From NCBI GenBank assembly GCA_026770705.1, contig JANJGN010000004.1, positions 62,930,001-62,994,000 on the forward strand: 64,000 nucleotides of DNA. Reading direction: 5' to 3'. The DNA comes from Isurus oxyrinchus. Lineage: Eukaryota. Position numbers and translations under genes: made by a program. Numbering within the stretch: position 1 is the first letter of the stretch; every line of letters starts with the position of its first letter. The notes beneath the pieces are model-generated. The model worked only from the letters and a program-made list of their open reading frames with translations, was not told where the DNA came from and did not search any database. Positions 1 to 8,799 of this stretch are shown here, one piece after another.

Positions 1-580
1 AGAAGAAAAATTCACCGTGCAGCTAAAGGACTCCACTAGAGCACATGGTGGTCCAATGTGAATCCCCAATGATTGCAGAGTCAAAGTACCTAGCAAGGGT
101 GAGCAAAAATTCAGTACAAAGGCTGAACTAGCTTTTAAAAGTCTTCAGGCCATTAATCAGTCTGAACAGTCTGTTTTGTTAAAACACTGCGGCCAGCCCA
201 GGTTCAGAGTTGGCACCACACCATGTGGCAACCGAGCTTTGCTGAGGGAAAAAAACAAAGTTTTAAAAACTCAGCCAAAGCTGGAAATTGCTTTTGAATC
301 ACCCTAACAGACTCCAAAAACGTTCTAAAGGGCTCAAATCTTTGATTTAAAACTTTGCTGCAAAAAATAGATCCCTATGGGTTGGGTCTGCAATTGCTGT
401 GGGTGCCTGCCAAAACCTGACAAGCGTGGGAGGAAGCATTGAAAAAGTGGTTACTGCAGCGCCATCATTAAAAGTGAAACAGCATTTAACAGTACTTCCC
501 TGAGCTGAAACACAACCATGGTTAATAAATCAACCCTACCAGTTCAATCTGGGCTGATGCAAGAGCCAAACTAGATGTAA

Positions 581-810
581 AACTGGGTGTCATGGAGAAG
601 AAATTTTTTAAGTTACTAGGGTAGGATTAGGTAGGAAATCAGAGGAAGTCCAAGTTAATATGTTTTTATAATTATTTGGTAACATTTCCAATGAAATAAT
701 CCTAAAGCTAGGCATTGATGAAGCTTCAGCCAGCTTTGATGAGGTATTAAAAGCCTTTGACAAGTATTTTAAATCTTCAAATGTTGGAGAGTGCAGAGCT
801 TAAAAAGAGG
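581..810 (+). mobile_element. Degenerate Ty3/Gypsy gag N-terminal region
   Basis: Manual translation through stops and frameshifts gives NWVSWRRNFLSY*, VGLGRKSEEVQVNMFL, FGNISNEIILKLGIDEASASFDEVLKAFDKYF and MLESAELKKR. This matches the WxxWxxRF..GL..KSEExQVNTLLY..FDEVLxxFDxYF..LERAKF pattern of metazoan Gypsy gag. Confidence 0.75.
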
Positions 811-1463
811 TATAGAACACCCACTGTAAAGCAACGAAAGGGAAAAAGACAACACCCAAGCAACCAAATGATGGTTGCAGAACACGTCAGTGCAATGGGA
901 TGCATGAACTGAAGAGCTTAGTGCAGGGGAAAGAGGAGGCTAAGAAGCAGCCAGAATGCTTAAGAATATAACTTTCTGAAAAAGCCAACAAATTACCCAA
1001 ACTGCAACAGCTGGTGGCAGTACAAAGCAGGCAGCTGGTTCTGTATGAAGGGACAGTCATAGACCATTCCAAGCTGAGAGCAGATAATGAAGCCACAAGT
1101 AGCATGACTACAGGACTGAAACAAGTTAAGGCTTTGTCGGAGACAGACCTGCCTAACAATGAAACCAAAATGAAGAACAAGGATAAAGCTTTGATGTAGG
1201 CAGAGAAAGAAAAGACAGAAATAAGATTGGAAAATGTAAATCTGAAGCTGAAGATCAAGGAACTAGAAGGAAAAGCATCGTTTGCCTCAGACTTACTGAG
1301 GACCATTGAACTGTTGAAAGATGTAATGGCTGAACAGAAAATCAAGAACCTAGAATGCCAAGAAAAAGCTGAACAGTCGCATGAGAAAATAGAAGGTCTG
1401 ACAATGTTTCTGAGACTCTTCACACTCCAATTCGCAAAAATAAAATTACAGAATGTGAGCTTG

Positions 1464-1913
1464 AAGGAATTGCTGATAAATCAGAACAGCTGGTTGAATG
1501 TGGAATTAACAGCCAAAACTGAGTAAATTCTTAAACTACGATCCAATCTGAAGAACACGAAAGATGAGATGTGCAGTATGGAAGGACAAGTCCAGACTTT
1601 AAAAGCAGATAAGGCAAAGTCTAAGAAGCAGATTGAGGATTTAACGTGTGAATTGAACGATTCTAAGGAGCAGTCAGTGACTGTGGAAGGAAGATTCTGA
1701 AGGGAATTGAATGCCCAGGTGAAGCTGTTAAGTTTGTATAAGGATTCCATGGATAACTCTGAAACAAAAAGAATTGAACTCACCAGAGCAGTGGCTGAGC
1801 TGAATGAAAAGATTAATAATCTTGAACAAGTATCGGAAAATAAGAGACTAAACAAATATTTGGGTGAAATTGTGAAGCAAATGGAAACAAAGGTTACATT
1901 TTTGAAACAACAA
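1464..1913 (+). pseudogene. TPR: Intronless, internally deleted fragment of nucleoprotein TPR (N-terminal coiled coil) inside the Gypsy element
   Basis: One frame reads KELLINQNSWLNVELTAKTE*ILKLRSNLKNTKDEMCSMEGQVQTLK...KQIEDLTCELNDSKEQSVTVEGRF*RELNAQVKLLSLYKDSMDNSETKRIELTRAVAEL...ENKRLNKYLGEIVKQMETKVTFLKQQ. Recalled human TPR reads [20 protein letters not shown]...[26 protein letters not shown]...[59 protein letters not shown]...[26 protein letters not shown]. There are two in-frame stops and no introns. Confidence 0.85.
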
Positions 1914-2183
1914 CTTCTAGGAGGAACATGGCGGAACCCACGAAAATAGAAATGAATGAACAGAGCCAACATTCCCTCTGGAAGAAACAGGATAAGCAAA
2001 TGGTATCTAACCACAGAAGATGGATGGTTGATGAAGAGAAATTCAACATGACGGAGGGCAAGAAACGAATCAGATGAAGTCAACCAAGTGCCGGAATCAC
2101 AGAGTATTGATTTCAACTCCAAACCAACAAAGCTTGCCCAAAGGAACTGAGCCCACCATTCCTCCAAATGTGACCAGAATGAG

Positions 2184-2283
2184 AAACAAAAACAAAAATA
2201 CCTGGATAAACTCAGCAGGTCTGACAGCACCTGCGGAGAGGAATACAGTTAATGTTTCGAGTCCGTATGACTGTTCACCAGAA
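2184..2283 (-). mobile_element. Penelope-like element terminal fragment
   Basis: aaacaaaaacaaaaatacctggataaactcagcaggtctg...gtttcgagtccgtatgac is the same terminus seen in the other Penelope-like copies in this window. Confidence 0.7.
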
Positions 2284-2287
2284 TTGG

Positions 2288-2529
2288 TGTTCGGCATAGG
2301 AAGGGTTAATGCGGGACTGGAGAACAGCACCTCCCACAGTATAATGTACAGCGGCACATGACAGGGGACAAAGTTTTATGGAAAGACGCAAGTGGAAGGA
2401 AGTCAGCATGAAGTTAGCTCCTAGTCTGGATTACACTTTATACATGTTTATAGTTATGTATTACCAATAAACAGTACAACCTTACAAATCTCTGAACTCT
2501 TCACGAGACCTTTTGAACAACTAATAACA
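2288..2529 (+). mobile_element. Candidate 3' LTR of the Gypsy element
   Basis: It has TG...CA ends (tgttcgg...aataaca) and an internal AATAAA near 2466. It follows a pol C-terminus-like remnant (CRNHRVLI...VTRMR, ~2085-2183). The partner LTR and PPT are not visible. Confidence 0.5.
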
Positions 2530-2539
2530 ATCTTTGCCT

Positions 2540-2721
2540 CTAACATTCTCACCTCATTAAATATTGGTCTTAAAGCCTACCATTTTGACCAAGCATTTGG
2601 CCATCTGCCCTAATATCTTCATACGTGGCTTAGTGTAAAATTTTATTCCATAACACTGCTGTGAACCGTTTTGGAAAGTTTGTACGTTAAAGACGTTATA
2701 TAAATACAAATTGGTGTTTTT
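2540..2721 (+). mobile_element. L2-type LINE 3' end fragment
   Basis: cttaaagcctaccattttgaccaagc...gtgaaccgttttgg...ttatataaatacaaattggtg resembles an L2 3' tail. Related fragments lie at ~42150-42295 (+) and ~17985-18140 (-). Confidence 0.55.
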
Positions 2722-2746
2722 GTAATCCAAATCTTCAGTTGGTTAT

Positions 2747-2964
2747 CCAAAACAAAAACAGAATTACCTGGAAAAACTCAGCAGGTCTGGCAGCATCGGC
2801 GGAGAAGAAAAGAGTTGACGTTTCGAGTCTTCATGACCTTTCGACAGATTTGAAACGTCAACTCTTTTCTTCTCCGCCGATGCTGCCAGACCTGCTGAGT
2901 TTTTGCAGGTAATTCTGTTTTTGTTTTGGATTTCCAGCATCCGCAGTTTTCTTTGTTTTTATTA
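2747..2964. mobile_element. Palindromic Penelope-like insertion with 14-bp TSD
   Basis: Inverted arms (ccaaaacaaaaacagaattacctg...gacgtttc / gaaacgtc...caggtaattctgtttttgttttgg) are flanked by cttcagttggttat at 2733-2746 and 2965-2978. Confidence 0.85.
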
Positions 2965-3020
2965 CTTCAGTTGGTTATGTGCGGCTTTGACCTCTAGATG
3001 ACAGTGCGAGCACGCCGTTA

Positions 3021-3369
3021 GCGGTATTCCTGGCGACGAGCGGCCTCGGCCTGTAGGTGGCGAAATTGCTGGCGCTGGGTGGCCTAGGCTGGTAGGTGGC
3101 GGTGTTCCTGGCGACGAGCGGCCTCGGCCTGTAGGTGGCGGTATTCCTGGCGCTGAGTGGCCTGGACCTGTCAGGTGGCGGTATTGTTGGCGCTGAGTGG
3201 CCTAGGCCGGTAGGTGGCGATATTCCTGGAGCCGAGTGGTTTGGACCAGTCGGGTGGCGGTATTGTTGGCGCTGAGTGGCCTGGGCCTGTAGGTGGCGGT
3301 GTTCCTGGCGACGAGTGGTTTGGAGCAGTAGGTGGCGGTGTTGCTGGCGCCGAGCGGCCTGGGCCTGTT
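3021..3369 (+). repeat. CpG-rich 39-bp tandem repeat (~9 copies) at the POLR1E promoter/5' UTR
   Basis: Unit is approximately ggtggcggtgttcctggcgacgagcggcctcggcctgta, starting at 3056, 3095, 3134, 3174, 3213, 3253, 3292 and 3331, plus a partial first unit. Confidence 0.92.
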
Positions 3370-3414
3370 GGGTCCTGTGTTAGAATCAGTGGCGTGTTTG
3401 TAGTGGTTGTGGTA

Positions 3415-3484
3415 ATGGCGGTGGTCGGTGTGTGGAAGTACAGACGTTCAGCGGAGTTGAGTCCAGAACAGTCGGCCACACTTG
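3415..3484 (+). CDS. POLR1E: POLR1E coding exon 1
   Basis: ATG...MAVVGVWKYRRSAELSPEQSATL+G followed by donor GTAACG. It aligns with human ...RWQYCGAPDGSQRAVL, and phase 1 joins exon 2 to give VQFSNGKL. Confidence 0.85.
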
Positions 3485-3669
3485 GTAACGCTTGCGAGTG
3501 CTGGATTGGGGCAGCGGTGAAAGGCCCGGAACTGAGCGGTAGCACGGAGAGAGAGTCTGAGTATTAGATTCACAGATGGCGAAAAAGGGGAGAAGAGAGC
3601 TGGAGTGTAGGGGGTGGGCTGAGACACACACAAAGCTAAAGAGGGGTGAAGGAAAGAAAGGCAGGCGGG

Positions 3670-4889
3670 GGGAGAATATGGCGAGAAGGCCAAAAATCGG
3701 TTTGGCGGCATAATGAAAGCAGGTTGCGATTGCCCGTTCCGCCTGTCAGTAGCGGGCCATGTTTCCTGCTGCTGCATGTGAGGAACCTGAGTTCAATACT
3801 TTAGCATCTCATTATAAGCCCTGCTCACCAGAATCATTCCCCCATGCTGGATCACCGGGCACGATCATGCCAACATATTTCACAACTGTACATAAGGAAC
3901 GTGCACCTGACGAGCTGCACTTCACCTGGGGCTTCGAGGCTTGTTTGCCTACCTTGCTTCAGATAGCATCACAGTCATCAGTACCAGGCAACACCATGTC
4001 ACTTTTAGGGAGGCTCATGGGCAAGTCTTTACCTACTAAACCAGCCGTAGAGGCAAGGGTGGCTTTTCAGTGGCTGTATGGCTAGGGCTTGCTTGGGAAA
4101 AGGGAGAAGTGCTCTCAGGCAAGGGGAGAGAGCAGTACTGGGGGGGGGGGGGGGGGGCACCCCCGTGTGTGTGTGCGGGGGCACCCCAGAGTGTGGTTGG
4201 TGGGGGGAGGGGGGGGGGACATGTTGATCTGTGCAAGTGGCCTCAAGATGGTGAGGACTGAGGAGGTGAGGCCAGATGGAGATGTGAGGGTATATGAGAG
4301 ACAATGTGTAGTGATGTCCTTTGAACTGGCAGTGAGTGAGTTGCCAGTGAATGTGAGATGAGCTGTGTGTGATTGAGTGAGAGAGTTTAGAGTGATAAGA
4401 TGGTTGCCTTACACTGACAGGGCAGATGAGATAATTCATCTTTTTTTTGCACCGGTTGGCTGACCTCTTGTGTGCAGCATTGGCACTGACTGCCACTGCT
4501 TTCCAAGCCGGAGTGGTGAGACTGATAGGCCTCCCGCGGCCAGAGTGGCGGCAGACGACATCGCGACAGGCTTCCATGGCATCCAGATGGTGTCCCAGGG
4601 ATGTGTCACTTAATCAGGGGGCTGTACCCTTCTTGCCTTTTGGGGCCATGTCTTCACCACAGCAGCCCTGGGCTGCAAGCATTGAGAAGTGTGCCTGCAG
4701 TGCAGTTTAAATATGGTGCCTGGCGTGAGGAAACAGTGAGGCAGGTCAGAGGCCGCCCGCCAGCAAGATGGCGTGTTTCCTGTGGCTGCATAATTAATGA
4801 GGTGGGAATGGGACGATGTGGTGCAAAAACAAACTACTTTTTTCCTGCCCATTACTGCACTTTGTGCAAATCTGGGACGATTCCACCCC
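3670..4889 (-). mobile_element. PIF/Harbinger DNA transposon remnant with Myb/SANT-like ORF (4413-4649)
   Basis: Minus strand reads MAPKGKKGTAP*LSDTSLGHHLDAMEACRDVV...TTPAWKAVAVSANAAHKRSANRCKKKMNYLI, then a GTAAGG donor. The terminus gattccacccc is followed by TAA. The left boundary is uncertain. Confidence 0.65.
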
Positions 4890-5007
4890 TAATTACTGTG
4901 GTGATGCAGAAAATCTGGTAGCATATAGCCATGTGAAAATACGATGTTGTTGCGATAATGGAGCACTGACTCAGAGAAGGGCAGTAATTGAAAAGCAGAG
5001 TAAGGCG

Positions 5008-6760
5008 AATGCTGGAGATCTGAAATAAAAACAGAAAATGCTGCAGATGCTCAGTAGGTCAGGCAGCATGTGTGGAGAAAAACAGAGCTAATGCTTCAGG
5101 TGGATGATTTTCATCAGTAAGATTGGACGATATAAGAGTTAGCCTTCCAGGGCCAGAGTGAATGGTGATGGGACAAGAACACAAACAAAAGATGTGCCTA
5201 AAGAATATAAAAACAGAAAATGCTGGAAAAACTCAGCAGGTCTGGCAGCATCTGTGGAGAGAGAAACAGAGTTAACGTTTCGAGTCAGTATGACTTTTTC
5301 AGTGCTAAACAGAAGGATTTTATGTGATGGATTTTATCCTGTTTAAGAGGGGGTGAAGCAAGGTAGAAGGTCAGGGAAGAGTCACATTTCTACTTCTCTT
5401 TAACTCTGAAGAAGAGCCATACGGACTCGAAACGTTAACTCTGTTTCTCTCACCACAGATACTACCAGACCTGGCTGAGTTTTTCCAGCATTTTGTTCTT
5501 ATTTTAGATTTCCAGCATCTGTAGTATTTTGCTTTCATCATGTGTCTATAGCAGGTATGCTGCTGACTGAAAGCAAAATTAAGAGAAAAATTGAGGAAAA
5601 GGGAACAAGATGGAGGCAGAGATTATGGTCTGAAATTGTTGAACTCAGTGGTGTATTTATTATGATGCAAACTTCACATTATTGTTTCTGAGATATCTTT
5701 TTTCCTTATCTGAGGATTCCAACCCTCTTTTCCCGCATTGTAGTTTATAGGGTTCTTGATCTTGTCTGCCACATTTCTTGCACTTCTCTCACTCCTTCCC
5801 CTCCCTCCCAGAACCATGATAGGGTTCCCCTTGTCCTCACCTTCCACACCACCAGCCGCAGTATTCATTGGATCATTTTCCACCATTTCTGCCACCTCGA
5901 GCACGACCACATCTTCTCTTCCTCTCCCCTTTCACCATTTTAAAGAGAATGCTCATTCCGTGATATCCAGGTCCGCTCCTCGGTCATCCCCAAAACGCCA
6001 TCCCTTTCCCACGGCACCATTCCATGCAAATACAGGAGGCGTAACATCTGCCCTTTCACTTCCTCCCTTGCTGCCCATGGCCCCAAACACTCCTTCCAGG
6101 TGAAGCAGCGATTTACATGTACTTCCTTCAATCTAGAGTGCTGTATTCATTGCTCACAATGTGGTCTCCTCTACATGGTGAAGACAAAACGTAAATTGGG
6201 TGACTGCTTTGCTCAGTCTGCAAGCATGACCCTGAGCTTCTGGTGACCTGTCATTTTAATTCTCCATCTTGCTGTTACACTGACATCTCTGTCATCGGCC
6301 TACTGCACTGTTCCAGTGAAGCTCAATGTAAACTTGAGAAACAGCACCTCATCTTGCAGTTAGGCACTTCACAACCCTCTAGACTCAACAGTTCAATCAT
6401 TTCAGGCCATAATCTCTGCCCCTACTTTGTTTCCATTTCTTTGCTTGTTTTGGTTTTTCTCTTTGTTTTGCTTTCAGACAGTAGCACACTTGTTCTAGGC
6501 ACATCGTTTGTTTCTTGTCCCATCATCATTCCCTTTGTGCCTGGAAGACTAACTTTTCTGTCATTCAATCTCTCCAATATTTCACCCTATCATAGACCTT
6601 CCTTTTTGTGTCCCACTCATCCCTTGCTCAAAATCTCTTATGTTTCTAACTTTTCCCAGCTTTGATGAAAGGTCAACGACCTGATACGATCACTCTGTTT
6701 CTCTCTCCAATGGTGCTACTGACCTGCTGTGTGTTTCCAGCATTTTCTGTTTTTATTTCA
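5008..6760. mobile_element. Penelope-like element with inverted termini, a GIY-YIG endonuclease remnant on + (~6100-6400), and a nested palindromic Penelope-like insert (~5206-5538)
   Basis: Translation gives QVKQRFTCTSFNLECCIHCSQCGLLY..KTKRKLGDCF..CHFNSPS...EAQCKLEKQHLILQLGTSQP. A hammerhead-like motif ctgaagaagagccatacggactcgaaacgtta starts at 5406. Confidence 0.75.
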
Positions 6761-6774
6761 AAGAAGGGTATCAC

Positions 6775-8165
6775 TGGGTACTAAATATTCCTGGATACAA
6801 AGTGTTCAGAAAAGATAAGGCAGGAAAGAAAGGTGGGATAGCAGTATTGATTAAGGAAAGCATGGCAGTGCTGGAGAGAAAGAGAGGTTGCCCCAGAGGG
6901 GTCAGGAACAAAATCTTTGCCTAGAGCTAAGAAATAATAGAGGTACATTGCTTGGTGTAGTCTATAGGCCATCAACCAGTGGGAGAGATGTAGAGGAACA
7001 GATTTGTGAGGAAATTACAGAGAAGTGCAAGAATTATAGAGTGGGTGTAATAGGGGCCTTTATTTATCTTAACATAGATTGAGATAGTAATAGTGTAAAG
7101 GACAGAGAGGAGCAAAATTCCCTAGAGTGTGTTCAAGTGAATTTTTTACATCCATATGTTTCCAGTTCAATTAAAAAGGAGGCATTGCTTGATCTGTTTC
7201 TTGGGAATGAGGTGGGCCAAGTGGATCAAGTGTCTGCAGGGGAACTTTTAGGGACAGTGGTCATTGTATCATAAGACTTAGGTTGGCTATATTTAGGACA
7301 AGGAGCAATTCAGAGAAAGAATAATTAATTGGGGAAGGGCAAACTTGAGTGGGTGAGCATGGATCTCATCCACATAAATTGGAATCAAAGATTGGCAGGC
7401 AAAACTCTGAACAATTGGCTGCCTTTAAAGAGGAGATACTTCAGGTACAATCAAGGTGTATTCCCATGAGGGGGAAAGATAGGGCACACAAATCCAGAGC
7501 TGCCTGGATGACAAAAGAGATGGAGAGTAAGATGAAGCAGAAAAAGAGTGCATATGTCAGATGGATAATACAATTGAGAATCAGATTAGAAGGTTTAGAG
7601 GGGAATTGAGAAAAGACATCAGAGAAGCAAAAAGAGAGTATGAGAAGAGACTAGCAGCTAACATGAAAGGGAATCCAGAAGTCTTCTGCAGGCATAAAAA
7701 TAAAAAGTAAAAGGAAAGATTCACAAGAATGGCTTGAAGGATGAGGAACTTCAGTTACATGGATTGGAGAAGTTTTGGCTGTTTCTCTTGAAAACAAGAA
7801 GGCTTACAGGACTTTTGATAGAGGTATTCAAAATCATGAGGGTTCTGGACAGAGTAGATAAGAAGAAATTGTTCCTATTGTATAAGGATTGGAAACAAGA
7901 AGACCCCGATTTAAGGTGATTGACAAAAGAAATATGTTGCCGTGAGGAAAAAATGTTTGCCAGCAAGTGTTTGGGATCTGAAATGCACTGCCTGAGTGGT
8001 GGAGGTTTTATCAATGTGGCTTTCAAAAGAAAATTGGATCATTATCTGAGGAGGAAAAAAATGAAGGGCTACAGGGAAAAGGCAGGGGAGTGGCACTAGA
8101 TAAATTGGTCTTGCAGAGAGTCAAATTGCAGCCTCCTGTGCTGTAACCATTCTATGATTCTATGA
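6775..8165 (+). mobile_element. Degenerate CR1 LINE (endonuclease part plus 3' end, internally deleted)
   Basis: LELRNNRGTLLGVVYRPSTSG... is an APE endonuclease remnant. The 3' tail attctatgattctatga ends near 8165. Confidence 0.8.
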
Positions 8166-8174
8166 AATTTGTGC

Positions 8175-8460
8175 ACAGTAAGCTCCCATGTACAGCAGAT
8201 ATGATAATGACCAGGTAACCTTTTTAGGTGATGGTTGACAGATAAATATTGGCTAGGACACTAGGAATAACGCTCTTACTGTTCAAAATAATGTCATGGG
8301 AACTTATGTGTTAACCTGAGAGAGCAGGTGGACCCTAGTTTAATATTTTCTCCGAGTGTCTGACAGCGTAGCATTCTCTTAGTTCTGCACTGAGGTGTCA
8401 GTCTTGAATTTTGTGCTCAAGGCCTAGAGTGGGACAAGTCAGAACCTTCTGACTTAGGTG
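8175..8460 (-). mobile_element. Deu-domain SINE, degenerate
   Basis: It is similar to the reverse complement of the copy at 45258-45670. Confidence 0.55.
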
Positions 8461-8799
8461 AGAGTGCACGTGTGGCTTACTCAGATGGAGTATTTTACCT
8501 AGGCAGCCCACAAGGATGGAGATCTTACTGGATTTGGTTATGAGTAATGAAGTAGCTTGGGTAGATGAATTGAGTGTGGATGAGCACCTTGGCAGTAGTG
8601 ACCACATGATAAGATTTAAGATCGAGCTGGAAAGGGAAAAAGCCAGTTCAAACACTAGAAGACGAGATTGTATTAGATCAGATTTTTAAAAGATGGTGAG
8701 CAAGGTGAGGTGGAAGAAACTGGCAAACACAACTGAGCATCATTTGCCAGCTAAACTACATTGATATTTAGTATAAGTATGCATACATGCAATCTGCTT

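Larger units (their letters stand above)
2980..3770 (+). promoter_or_regulatory. CpG-island-like promoter region of POLR1E
   Basis: CpG density is high in an otherwise CpG-depleted window, and the region surrounds the first coding exon. Confidence 0.6.

Noticed and set aside
1464-1913. The real TPR gene
   Set aside because: It has no introns or splice sites, has in-frame stops and internal deletions, and is flanked by Gypsy sequence.
887-2230. Long minus-strand ORFs 887..1423 and 1481..2230
   Set aside because: They are Ser/Phe/Leu-rich antisense shadows of the plus-strand coiled-coil frame and match no protein I recognise.
3021-3369. CRISPR-like array
   Set aside because: The units are head-to-tail with no unique spacers, there are no cas genes, and the context is eukaryotic.
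3171-3567. Pro/Thr-rich ORF (3171..3545 -) and N-terminally extended ORF (3214..3567 +)
   Set aside because: Both are by-products of the 39-bp GC-rich repeat. Neither has an ATG in the repeat, and 40-bp units break the frame. Only 3415-3484 is supported as coding.
4140-4218. Poly-G runs as a functional G-quadruplex
   Set aside because: They lie within a transposon remnant, homopolymer lengths are unreliable, and nothing supports function.
4816-5028. Alternative POLR1E exon 1 (TQRRAVI resembles human SQRAVL)
   Set aside because: It has no suitable ATG and overlaps transposon ends. 3415-3484 has the ATG, the WKY motif, the correct phase and CpG-island context.
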